Below are positions 9,517 to 18,176 of a DNA stretch of 40,901 nt, piece by piece. The number at the start of each line of letters is the position of its first letter. Within the stretch, counting starts at the first letter, position 1. A model generated the notes under the pieces. The model made no database searches. It had not been told where the DNA came from and worked only from the letters and a program-made list of their open reading frames with translations. Made by a program: the position numbers and the translations under genes. The stretch covers positions 1-40,901 of the forward strand of contig CAZIXI010000001.1 in the NCBI GenBank assembly GCA_964543115.1, read 5' to 3'. The DNA is from an uncultured bacterium (lineage in GTDB: Bacteria > Auribacterota > CAZIXI01).

Positions 9517-9609
9517 AAACGCAGAGACCGCAGAGGACGCAGAAAACACAAATAATAATTATGTGAATACTCTGCGTACTCTGCGAAGATCTTTGCGCTC
9601 TTTGCGTTT
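9517..9609. repeat. Imperfect palindrome built from 9-nt-phased heptamers (CGCAGAG x3 / CTCTGCG, CTTTGCG x4)
   Basis: Left-arm heptamers start at 9520, 9529 and 9538. Right-arm heptamers start at 9570, 9579, 9591 and 9600. The outer 19 nt (9517-9535 versus 9591-9609) are 16/19 complementary. The element sits at the junction of the 1842-aa ORF stop (9559) and the pseudopilin start. Confidence 0.7.
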
Positions 9610-12600
9610 ATTTTCAGACGCTATTTGAATACCATCCCGAACTCTGCTCCAGCCGTGTTTTACCAACCGCTTTAACTCAACGGAATTCAAACAAATAACA
9701 AAATTATTAAGCCACTTAAAAAAGGCAGCGGCCCAGGCAGGCGCCTTGACCTGCTCTTCTCTGTTCATAACCTCGTCCTTACGCTCCGCTGTCACCTTTC
9801 GGGGAGTAATCTTTATTATTCCCGGCCGCTGATAGGAAACCTCTTCCATCCTCCGTTTAAACTGCTCTCTCGGCAAGGGCGCCACCTTAACAACCTCCTC
9901 TTCGTAGAGGTCAGCATCTCGGTCAGGATATAATTCCCTGCCCAGGTAGCTCCGGTAATAAGAATAAGGCTTTTTCTCCGGCTTACCCGCCGCACCAGCA
10001 GTCTCTCTTGGACAAATAATACTTTTTCTTTCGCCCTTTTCCCGCAGCACGTATACCGAGCCATAACCGTAATTATACCCCTTGGCTGACTCATCTTCTT
10101 CATCACCATCGTCGTTAATTATTTGCGTCTCATTTTCTTCTATATTATTATTTTCTTTTTTATCCCCTTGTTCCATTTCCTCATTTTCTTCTTCTTGCTC
10201 ATCTCCCTGTTCTTCTTCCTGCTCATTATCTTCTTCATCCCCTTCCTTATCTTCTTCTTCCTCTTCATCTATATCATCTTCATCATCTTCCTGTTCATCA
10301 TCATCCTGTTCATCATCATCCTGTTCATCCTCTTCCTTGTCTTGCTCATCTTCTTCCTGACTATCCGGTTCTTCTGCATCCTGCTCAGGATCATCTACAT
10401 CCTCTTCACCCTCATCTTCGTATCCATCATCGCTGTTCTCCTCCCCTTCACCCTTCTCATAAGCCAGGAAAAGGCTATAGCCATCGGGCGCTATTTCGTG
10501 CTGCAGTGCCCCAGCGCATTTCTCGGCAATCAAATCACCGGTCAGCAAATCCTCAACCGTCTTATCCACAATCAGCGCCGAGCTCACCTGCACTGTTTCT
10601 GTGGTATCCGGACTGTAATTTTTGAAACTCATTAAAACCTGTGAAAGATCAGCAGTAACCAGGTAATCTACCAGCACCAATGAACTACCGCTAACAATCA
10701 ATTCCGGCGTTAAACCAAATCCGTGATTAGTATCAGTATAGATCATCCTCATCCAGCCATATCTGTCCTCCCAGGTCCAATCACTGGCCCCGTCAGCCAG
10801 GTTATCAATCGGCTTATTGGCACCCAGACTGAATAATGATATTGCCGTATCATATTCCGGACTGCCCAGGTAATCATTTACAATCAGGGCCGGCGATCCG
10901 TCAGAATCGTCAAACCGGGCCAGCACCGCGCCTTTCCCGGCAACGATCTCATCCCGGTACTTCCACATATTCACGAAGTTGTTATAGTCCAATAACGGTG
11001 AATAAAGCAGCCGGGCGTCGTATGTTATACTAAAAGAGGCTGTCTCATAATAACCATAACTTTGATCATCGTCCTCCAGGTCAGGGTCTATCTGCAGATT
11101 ACTGGCATCGGTATCGATGCCAAACAAATCTTCCAACATAAATAACCAATCCGGATCGGTATTTCGAGACACGCCATATTCATCCATAATTCCGGGCAGA
11201 TCGGCATTCACATGGATCTTTACTCCACCCAGCGCCGCGGCAGTGAGCTGAGCCAGAACATCACCGCTCATCTTCTGATTGCGTGACAACACAACAGCCT
11301 TATAGCCGGAATAATCCCCCGCCAGCATCTCCTCACGATTAATAAATCCCGGACTAAACCCCAACCTCTTTAACGTACCGAATAAATTATGCATTTCCGC
11401 CTGAAAACGGTTCACGATACTGTCAAGCGCGTCAGTCCACAACAAAGCGATATCCGGTGCCGGATCAATAAACTGCGGCAGTAATTCCTGAATTTTTATG
11501 TCATCCATCTGCTCGAACATTTTCTTAACTATTGTATATACGGGTTTCGGATTGCCCTCTATATCCACTACTCCAAAACCAACTTCCCTGGCCGTTACAT
11601 AACATTGATCCCGGTCACTCCAATGAAAAATACAAACACCGGCGGCCCCGGACGCTACTGTTTCCCAGACAGCGTTTCTCACCAATAGCGCCTGCCGCTC
11701 TTCATCAATGCCCGGATACATAATCTCCGTACTGGTAAATCCCGTCTCTGTTACCATCACCGGCAATCCAGCATCATGCCGCGCCCGGGCAATGCCCCAT
11801 TTGCCGGTCATCAATTCATCATTTTCCAGGCCCCAGGGATAGTTGTTAATACTCCAGAAATCCAGCGGCGTACCGGCAGCACTGCAGGCCAGAACAATCT
11901 TTCTGGCATCTTCGGTATGATACCGCCAATCTTCCTCGCCCCACTGCATACCCACAACCGCGTAGGTAATGAGATGGTTCTCATCCACTTCTTTTACTGC
12001 CGCGGCCAGTAAAGCAATATAGCCGCCAATACTCTCCTCCCGCCATTGAGTAAGGTCATACCAGCTGGTTTTGTCCCGGGCAAGATACCGGCCGGCATTC
12101 TCACCCGCGTAACCAAACGGTATCGGCATATCCACCTGGGCAAAATCCGCGTATGGATGCCCCGGCAAATAGCCGGGTTCAGCAGCATTATCCTTGGCCC
12201 ATTGCTCATTAAGCGCGCCGATACTACCGGCGTACCTATCCTCCAGCCACTGCCGAAAAGCGCTCTGACAGGCATCATCATATCCATCATACTCAACACT
12301 CCACAGACCCATATAACCATACTCATTTCCCAGAATCCAGCCGGCAACAGTATCAGCAAGATCTTCACGCGCGCCCCCAACAGAATAACGGCCCACAACC
12401 GCTTGTAAATATTCGGCTGCTTCCGCCCGCACCTCCGGATGCTCATAACTCAAGATATCCGACTGCCAGGGCCCCTGCGGATGCGCCTCACAAGGGGGAT
12501 GCTTTGTATACCAGTCATCCGGAAACCACTCCGGCGGCCATTGATAACCAATAACCGGAAACACCTTTAGCCCCCGGACCTGAGCCTCTTCCAGTAACAG

Positions 12601-15087
12601 ATCATAATTATCCCACTCAAAATGATCATCTTCCTGCTCAATATGCTTCCAGACAAAATCCACCCGCAAGGCATTGGCGCCCACTGCCTGCATCCCGTCT
12701 AAATCATTACGCAATTGCACCGGACTTTGCCACTGCCCCAGATCCTTCACCCAGGTCTGATAAGCAATGCCCCGCGGCAGCCAGTATCCACCCTGACCGT
12801 CATTTGACTGCGGATTCCAGAAATATCCGTTCTCCAGGCGGATATAATCATCCGCTGTATATACAGGATCAATAAACTCATCCGTTTCATAATTCGGATC
12901 ATAATAAACACCTATTTCACCAATTGCCACACTGCCGCCATCTGTATCAAAAACAACAGTAACCGTTACTACATCAGCTACACTATCGAAAACAATCTCC
13001 ATATTCTCATTATTAACCCCAAATTCCAGTTCAACCACATTACCCTGAGCATCGGTAATAAAGATCGTGCCGCCGGCAGCACCCTTAATCGACTCTAGAG
13101 TTATTTTATTAATAAACTCCAGCGGATTTTCGTCATCCCAACTATATTGCAGCCAGGGTGAAGGCTCCGCAGCGGAAATCCACTCGGTAGCCGGATCACC
13201 ATCGTTAATGTTAGCCTTATCCGCTTCTCCGGTGGAAACCTCTACCAGCGCGGCGCTATACGCGTAATTTTCCAGCTCCGCGCACACTTCTCCTTCCAGA
13301 AACAAAACATCATCTATCCGGCCGCTGCCCTGTACAAACATTGCGTTAATATCAATAATATCAATATCCGGATAGGCATCATGAAGATCCTGGGATAGAT
13401 TGCGCTTAAGGGTATGCCACTTACCATCCCGCGCGTCAGGCAGCCCGTGATGAATGAACTTACCGCCCTCATCCACCATCTGCAGCATATCCCCGGCAGT
13501 GGGTGTATAGTAAAGATAATGACGGCCGGCGGTAGTATCCACACTCACATACAACGCGAAATCCAGGTGATATCTCATTGACCACTGAAACAGCGTATTT
13601 TTCAGATTAAGATAAGCGCCATCCGGATTCATCAAGGCATAACAATTATTGAGCCCGGCACCATCCAGTTCAATCACCCGCGAACCCCGGCTCCAATCAT
13701 AAACACAAGCAATCTCCGCCTCATCAGGATCATTGTCAAAAACACTCCAGCCGGCGGTATTATAATCAGCAAGCCAATTTCCAGTACCGCGATTATCGAA
13801 TTCACTCATTCCCCACTGAATCTCAGCGGGCTGAAAATCACCCGGCAGATCAATTGAATGCACACTACCGTAACTACTGAACAATAACTCTAAATCACCG
13901 GCGGGATTAATAACGTCACCCACACTATCCTGATCAATATCCACCAGCACCAGTCCCGGAGAAAGCGCAAAACTGTATGGTTCGGGCCAGCCGGCTATTT
14001 CCTTTTCCACCCCGGAACCGGTAAGACAATGCAATTTTCCGGAAGCAGAAGAGGCAATTATCTCCGGCTCCCCATCATTATTAATATCGCCAACAACAGG
14101 CTGGTAAACCGCTTCCTGCCCCAATTCCGCAAAAAAGACACCGCTGCCAGCCAGATTATAAGCCGCCAGACAGCCATTAGCAGACCCGCTAAGGATCTCA
14201 GCAACTCCGTCGCCGTTAATATCAGCCAGACTTAAATATGCGCCATCCGTATTGTCTACTTCTTCCAAATCCACCGGGAAGCCGTTTAACTCTTCCAGGG
14301 CACCGGCGGTATAACGATATCCATAAAGCTTAACCTCCGCCCCAATATCCGCGGAGAAAAAGATCTCCGGATTCCCATCATTATCAATATCACCGGCAAC
14401 CGGCCAGCCGGCCTCAATAAATACATGTGCCGCGCCAGCCAATTCCGCCTGATCACCATCAAGGATGAAAATTCCATCCTCGCCGGCAGCAGCAATCTCT
14501 TTTTTCCCGTCATCATCGAATTCAGCAAGGGCAATCCGGTAATCCTCGAGATAAACAACCTCATCTTCAAATCCATCACTGATATCACCGACAGCCAGAT
14601 TACCCGGCACAAAACCAGGGACAACGGGATATCCATCCGCCTCCGCGCCATCCGCGCGCCAGGCATAAACACTTCCGGCATCCCCTCCCTCATTCTGCAG
14701 CCCCAAAATAATTTCCAGTTTCCCATCAGCATCCAGATCACCCACGGAAATACCGGTTACCGCCCGGCCGCTGACACTAACCGGCCAGCCTTCCCGCAGA
14801 GCGCCATTGCGCTGCCAGACATACACGCTGCTCTTATCTTCGGCCTCATCATATCCCGCGCAGATAATCTCCAGCACAAAATCACTATCTAGATCAGCCA
14901 CAACCGGTGCGCTCATCGCCAAATCACCACCGGTACCGTATTTATCCGGATGAGAGGTAACCTTAGTAACAATAGCAATGTTGTTAAACTGCAATACCTG
15001 GGCGCACAACATTCCTGTTAGGGCCAACACCCTCGCCAGAACCAACAACATAACTATGTTAACACTCTTCCGCCGCATTATACTCAC
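9559..15087 (-). CDS. Giant secreted protein: FG-GAP repeats, discoidin/CBM-like region, clan GH-A (GH42-like) glycoside hydrolase and poly-acidic tail
   Basis: 1842-aa ORF. It has a signal peptide (the ATG at 15078 after GAGGTG is the likelier start). FG-GAP-type repeats include GDLDADGKLEII, GDIDNDGNPEIF, ADINGDGVAEIL and GDINNDGEPEII (about 13850-14910). NINDGDPATEWIS resembles a discoidin domain. The TIM-barrel hydrolase region has RVDFVWKHIEQEDDHFEWDNYD, the acid/base motif GWILGNEYGY (NE at 12322-12327) and the nucleophile motif VMVTETGF (E at 11746-11748). YKAVVLSRNQKMSGDVLAQL..GGVKIHV resembles the GH42 middle domain. Confidence 0.85.
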   Translation of the reverse strand: MSIMRRKSVNIVMLLVLARVLALTGMLCAQVLQFNNIAIVTKVTSHPDKYGTGGDLAMSAPVVADLDSDFVLEIICAGYDEAEDKSSVYVWQRNGALREGWPVSVSGRAVTGISVGDLDADGKLEIILGLQNEGGDAGSVYAWRADGAEADGYPVVPGFVPGNLAVGDISDGFEDEVVYLEDYRIALAEFDDDGKKEIAAAGEDGIFILDGDQAELAGAAHVFIEAGWPVAGDIDNDGNPEIFFSADIGAEVKLYGYRYTAGALEELNGFPVDLEEVDNTDGAYLSLADINGDGVAEILSGSANGCLAAYNLAGSGVFFAELGQEAVYQPVVGDINNDGEPEIIASSASGKLHCLTGSGVEKEIAGWPEPYSFALSPGLVLVDIDQDSVGDVINPAGDLELLFSSYGSVHSIDLPGDFQPAEIQWGMSEFDNRGTGNWLADYNTAGWSVFDNDPDEAEIACVYDWSRGSRVIELDGAGLNNCYALMNPDGAYLNLKNTLFQWSMRYHLDFALYVSVDTTAGRHYLYYTPTAGDMLQMVDEGGKFIHHGLPDARDGKWHTLKRNLSQDLHDAYPDIDIIDINAMFVQGSGRIDDVLFLEGEVCAELENYAYSAALVEVSTGEADKANINDGDPATEWISAAEPSPWLQYSWDDENPLEFINKITLESIKGAAGGTIFITDAQGNVVELEFGVNNENMEIVFDSVADVVTVTVVFDTDGGSVAIGEIGVYYDPNYETDEFIDPVYTADDYIRLENGYFWNPQSNDGQGGYWLPRGIAYQTWVKDLGQWQSPVQLRNDLDGMQAVGANALRVDFVWKHIEQEDDHFEWDNYDLLLEEAQVRGLKVFPVIGYQWPPEWFPDDWYTKHPPCEAHPQGPWQSDILSYEHPEVRAEAAEYLQAVVGRYSVGGAREDLADTVAGWILGNEYGYMGLWSVEYDGYDDACQSAFRQWLEDRYAGSIGALNEQWAKDNAAEPGYLPGHPYADFAQVDMPIPFGYAGENAGRYLARDKTSWYDLTQWREESIGGYIALLAAAVKEVDENHLITYAVVGMQWGEEDWRYHTEDARKIVLACSAAGTPLDFWSINNYPWGLENDELMTGKWGIARARHDAGLPVMVTETGFTSTEIMYPGIDEERQALLVRNAVWETVASGAAGVCIFHWSDRDQCYVTAREVGFGVVDIEGNPKPVYTIVKKMFEQMDDIKIQELLPQFIDPAPDIALLWTDALDSIVNRFQAEMHNLFGTLKRLGFSPGFINREEMLAGDYSGYKAVVLSRNQKMSGDVLAQLTAAALGGVKIHVNADLPGIMDEYGVSRNTDPDWLFMLEDLFGIDTDASNLQIDPDLEDDDQSYGYYETASFSITYDARLLYSPLLDYNNFVNMWKYRDEIVAGKGAVLARFDDSDGSPALIVNDYLGSPEYDTAISLFSLGANKPIDNLADGASDWTWEDRYGWMRMIYTDTNHGFGLTPELIVSGSSLVLVDYLVTADLSQVLMSFKNYSPDTTETVQVSSALIVDKTVEDLLTGDLIAEKCAGALQHEIAPDGYSLFLAYEKGEGEENSDDGYEDEGEEDVDDPEQDAEEPDSQEEDEQDKEEDEQDDDEQDDDEQEDDEDDIDEEEEEDKEGDEEDNEQEEEQGDEQEEENEEMEQGDKKENNNIEENETQIINDDGDEEDESAKGYNYGYGSVYVLREKGERKSIICPRETAGAAGKPEKKPYSYYRSYLGRELYPDRDADLYEEEVVKVAPLPREQFKRRMEEVSYQRPGIIKITPRKVTAERKDEVMNREEQVKAPAWAAAFFKWLNNFVICLNSVELKRLVKHGWSRVRDGIQIASENKRKERKDLRRVRRVFT
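10085..10465 (-). repeat. Poly-acidic low-complexity tract (D/E/Q rich) with short tandem nucleotide repeats
   Basis: The protein segment reads EGEENSDDGYEDEGEEDVDD...EEDEQDKEEDEQDDDEQDDDEQEDDEDD...GDEEDES. The plus strand shows repeated ctgttcatcatcatc units around 10283-10335. Confidence 0.8.
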
Positions 15088-15093
15088 ACCTCT

Positions 15094-15125
15094 CTTTATT
15101 TCTTTATTTCTTTACTTCTTTACTT
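15094..15125. repeat. 4 x 8-nt tandem repeat (ctttattt x2, ctttactt x2) across a gene junction
   Basis: Read directly from the sequence. It spans the TAA of the 278-aa ORF (15112-15114) and the spacer before the RBS of the 1842-aa ORF. Confidence 0.6.
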
Positions 15126-15876
15126 CAAACTCCGTCTCCCCTTCAGCTACCCGTTCTGCCGCCCCATACAACTTCCCATAATCCACCCTGGCCTTGAGTT
15201 GATAACTCCCCGGAACAAGATCAAGCCTGCGGCTGAACATAAACGGCCTCGTCTGCCCCACCTGCGCCGGCTGGCCAAAAGGAACATTAAAAACACATTT
15301 TCTTTCTCCTTGCGCGTCTAAAACTTCCAAATCAATCTGCGGCCGAATATGAATATTGCTTTCATTCTTCACAAAAACAGTGCCGCTCATCTTTTTCGCC
15401 GCCGGATCGTACTTCAGCTTAATCTTATTCACCGCCGCGCCCAGCTTGACCGTATTCTGAGCAATGGCATAAACAGGCACACCAAAACGGATACCCAGCA
15501 GTGATTTCTGCTTGCCAAGTTCATCAGCCACAAAAAACACCATACAACGATACTCACCTTCGGCCCCTTCCGGCAAAACGATCTTATAGGGCACTTTTTT
15601 CTCCTGTCCCGGATCAAGTTTGAGCTTGTCCGTCTCAACAGAAAACCAGTCAGCTACACCGATATCCCTTTTGCCTTTCTTATCCAGCTCAACCCTGACC
15701 TGAAGCGGAATTTTACCGGTATTTTTTAATTTAAAACACTGCTCAGCCGGCACCCCTTTATCCACCACTGCCTCCAAAACAACCGGATCAACATTAAGGC
15801 CGGCAAACAAACAGTCTGGCCACATAGTCAGCACAAAAGCTAAAACAGCAACAAAATAAAGTTTATTTATTCGCAT
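15112..15876 (-). CDS. Secreted two-domain beta-sandwich protein, possibly a PapD-like chaperone
   Basis: The track ORF is 15112..15948. The ATG at 15876 follows AAGGGGG and gives the signal peptide MRINKLYFVAVLAFVLTMWPDCLFA. The mature part is about 250 aa with alternating beta-strand patterns in two halves (LNVDPVVLEAVVDKG..CFKLKNTGKIPLQVRVEL and SGTVFVKNESNIHIRPQIDLEV). The function call is by pattern only. Confidence 0.6.
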   Translation of the reverse strand: MRINKLYFVAVLAFVLTMWPDCLFAGLNVDPVVLEAVVDKGVPAEQCFKLKNTGKIPLQVRVELDKKGKRDIGVADWFSVETDKLKLDPGQEKKVPYKIVLPEGAEGEYRCMVFFVADELGKQKSLLGIRFGVPVYAIAQNTVKLGAAVNKIKLKYDPAAKKMSGTVFVKNESNIHIRPQIDLEVLDAQGERKCVFNVPFGQPAQVGQTRPFMFSRRLDLVPGSYQLKARVDYGKLYGAAERVAEGETEFEVKK

Positions 15877-15970
15877 AAACACCCCCTTCCTCCGCGCGTC
15901 CCGAACAAACTCAGGGCGCGCAGAGGAAGGAGGGAGACTAAAAAACAATCTCCCTCTTCCACTCTTCGCT

Positions 15971-16918
15971 TTATTCGTGGATCAGTTCAATATACAGACT
16001 GGTGGTATAGGTATCCGGCTCCAACAGATAGGCCTGCGGATTATTGGGATCACCCCAATTAGTACTCGCGAACCTGGAAGCCATAAAGATCACCATATCG
16101 CCGTCAGCTAGACTAACCATTGAACCATCGACATTACCGCCGGTAGCCGGAACCAAGCTGCCGTCCGAGCCGGGAGCTCCAATCGCCACGATAGAATAGA
16201 CCATATCATCCTCTTCGCCGTCTCCGTCAGCGTCATTGAAGATCTCATCGACAAAACTATCATCGCTCTTATCACCAATGTAATGCCAATCATCAAACGC
16301 GACCCAACAATCGCCCACATTGTCATCTTCAATATATGAACCCGTTCCCTGAGGAGTCAAAGAAGACACAGGCGAATAATTGACCAGATCAGCAGCGGCA
16401 TAAGAATCATATGCCTGCCAGGCGATCACCGCCCGGTTCCCGGGATCCAGGTCATCAATGGTTTTCGTTCCGGCAGCAACATCCTGAATATCGCCTACAC
16501 TCAACAAACCGGAATAGGACAATGACCCGCCGCCGCTGTCATTGCCGGCGACATAATCAGTGATGGGAACATCCGCGCCAACCACAGCATCGACAACATC
16601 ATCATTATCAGTAATGATCCGTATACCCCAGGAATAGTTACTGGAATAATCAACCCTAAAACACTCATCGGCCACCGTCCACAAACTGGCGCCGTCATTC
16701 AGATCCAGGCCGCTCAGGTCAAAACCAAGCGTCCCGGCCCCGGGAGCGCCGGTAGCGGTAATCAAATAATTGACATTTAAACTAGTTGAACCGGCAATCT
16801 GCACGGAAATAGAAATGGCTTCCGAGGCTTCGTCAATATCCGCTCTCAGCGGCGCGCCCCAGGCACAGATCACTACGGCCATAATACTTGCCACAATCAC
16901 TCTAAATAACTTACTCAC
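15971..16918 (-). CDS. Secreted acidic protein, paralog family member (WGIRxxTDN motif, C-terminal YxELxHE)
   Basis: 315 aa. The GTG start has AGGAGG 5 nt upstream. Signal peptide KLFRVIVASIMAVVICAWGAPLRA. Motifs are SWGIRIITDN, IAWQAY, GDKSD, ASRFAS and the C-terminus LYIELIHE. Confidence 0.8.
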   Translation of the reverse strand: MSKLFRVIVASIMAVVICAWGAPLRADIDEASEAISISVQIAGSTSLNVNYLITATGAPGAGTLGFDLSGLDLNDGASLWTVADECFRVDYSSNYSWGIRIITDNDDVVDAVVGADVPITDYVAGNDSGGGSLSYSGLLSVGDIQDVAAGTKTIDDLDPGNRAVIAWQAYDSYAAADLVNYSPVSSLTPQGTGSYIEDDNVGDCWVAFDDWHYIGDKSDDSFVDEIFNDADGDGEEDDMVYSIVAIGAPGSDGSLVPATGGNVDGSMVSLADGDMVIFMASRFASTNWGDPNNPQAYLLEPDTYTTSLYIELIHE

Positions 16919-16965
16919 TAGAACCTCCTTATTCAGTTTAATAAGAGTTCTGCAAAATAGTCTTT

Positions 16966-17050
16966 TGTCATACCGCGGCTTGACCGCGGTATCCAGAAAT
17001 AATTACATCGCAAACACTACTGGATCCCGCGGTTAAACCGCGGGATGACA
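16966..17050. repeat. Two inverted copies of a ~31-nt REP-like hairpin element
   Basis: The left copy, tgtcATACCGCGGcttgaCCGCGGTATccag, is at 16966-16996. The right copy, ctggATCCCGCGGttaaaCCGCGGGATgaca, is at 17020-17050. Each has a 9-bp stem and a 5-nt loop, and the copies are mutually inverted with a 23-nt spacer. The element is intergenic, between two paralog genes. Confidence 0.75.
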
Positions 17051-17230
17051 TTTGAGCTTTTTTACTCTATTTTACAGAAGTCTAAGTTTAATGAATATTT
17101 ATCAGCCATCCGCGTTATCCGTTAACGGGCTGATCTCACTTGTTATATGTTAACAGCTGAAAACCCCATTGATAAATTTGTCCTCACCTCCTTTTTGGGA
17201 TCATTTTAATTTCAGCTCATTTCTTTCGCG

Positions 17231-18166
17231 CTATTCGTGCAGCAACTCTACATAAACCGTCGCTCCATAACCGCCGGCAGGCAGCTCAAATTCCAGCGGA
17301 TCTTCCCCTGTATAATCCTTACTGCCAAACCTTGCTCCGATATATACCACCACATCACCATCACCGGCTTTGGGAAAAGGAACACCATCCATCCCCATAC
17401 CGGTTATCGGATGCTGTGCTAAATAGCTGGCCGCACCGTTACCGAAAATCGCCAGATTATAGTTATACTCCGCCAGCACTTCATTATCCTCTCCCCAGAA
17501 ATAATCCAGCACCAGCCCACCCGCGTATCCGCTATCGCTTTTATCCATCATATACGCCCATTTTGTCTTCCAGTTATCAGCCGGATCTTCCGGCGTCGGA
17601 TCTACCTCTGCATCGCTCAAAATATCCGGAAACTGTTTATTTTCATATATCTGCCAGGCCAATTCCGCCCGCAGCCGCGGATCGTCATATTTATCCGCGG
17701 ACACTAACCCGCCATAAGAAACAATATCGTCACCCACCTGGTACTGCCCATTGACATACACATATCCATCATTTCCCGCCTCTTCCCATTCCCATTGCCC
17801 GTCCTCCCCTTGAGCCAATGGCTTAGGATACATCTTGTTCCAAATTATTTTATTATCAGTGACCAGCCTGATCCCCCAATTCGGGGTATTACAATCATAA
17901 ATTATCCGCACATATTGATCGGCAATAACCCAGGGATTATCCACGCCAAACTCCTCTGATTTAAGCCCGGTAAAAGTCATATGCGAAACAGGAACTAAAT
18001 TGTCATCGCTTATTTTTCTGAGTTCCACGCTTAACGTTGACACTGCCGGCAAAAAGAAACCAGCCTTAACCATTTGCTTCTTGGGCAGCACAATATCATC
18101 AGCCAGACAAACTCCCCCTAAACTGACCACTAAAATTACCAGAATTATTTTTAGCATCCAGTGCAT
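17231..18166 (-). CDS. Secreted protein, paralog family member (WGIRxxTDN, C-terminal YVELLHE)
   Basis: The track ORF is 17231..18220. The ATG at 18166 (MHWMLKIILVILVVSLGGVCLA) gives a signal peptide and avoids overlap with the upstream stop at 18177. Motifs are NWGIRLVTDN, LAWQIY, MDKSD, GARFGS and the C-terminus VYVELLHE. Confidence 0.8.
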   Translation of the reverse strand: MHWMLKIILVILVVSLGGVCLADDIVLPKKQMVKAGFFLPAVSTLSVELRKISDDNLVPVSHMTFTGLKSEEFGVDNPWVIADQYVRIIYDCNTPNWGIRLVTDNKIIWNKMYPKPLAQGEDGQWEWEEAGNDGYVYVNGQYQVGDDIVSYGGLVSADKYDDPRLRAELAWQIYENKQFPDILSDAEVDPTPEDPADNWKTKWAYMMDKSDSGYAGGLVLDYFWGEDNEVLAEYNYNLAIFGNGAASYLAQHPITGMGMDGVPFPKAGDGDVVVYIGARFGSKDYTGEDPLEFELPAGGYGATVYVELLHE

Positions 18167-18176
18167 AGCTATCACC

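Noticed and set aside
9493-9549. N-terminal extension (MFSASSAVSAFKFNTEVVA) of the pseudopilin ORF given in the track
   Set aside because: It is encoded by the left arm of the heptamer palindrome. A GTG with GGAGG 8 nt upstream at 9492 yields a canonical short prepilin leader (MRREG|F).
10082-10635. Plus-strand ORFs 10082..10360 (poly-Ser) and 10123..10635 (poly-Phe/Ile)
   Set aside because: They are antisense translations of the GAA/GAT-rich poly-acidic tract of the 1842-aa ORF and are pure low complexity.
11994-14741. Minus-strand ORFs 11994..12446, 13314..13544 and 14286..14741, and other internal ORFs
   Set aside because: They are alternative frames nested entirely within the 1842-aa ORF, whose frame carries the recognisable FG-GAP and GH motifs.
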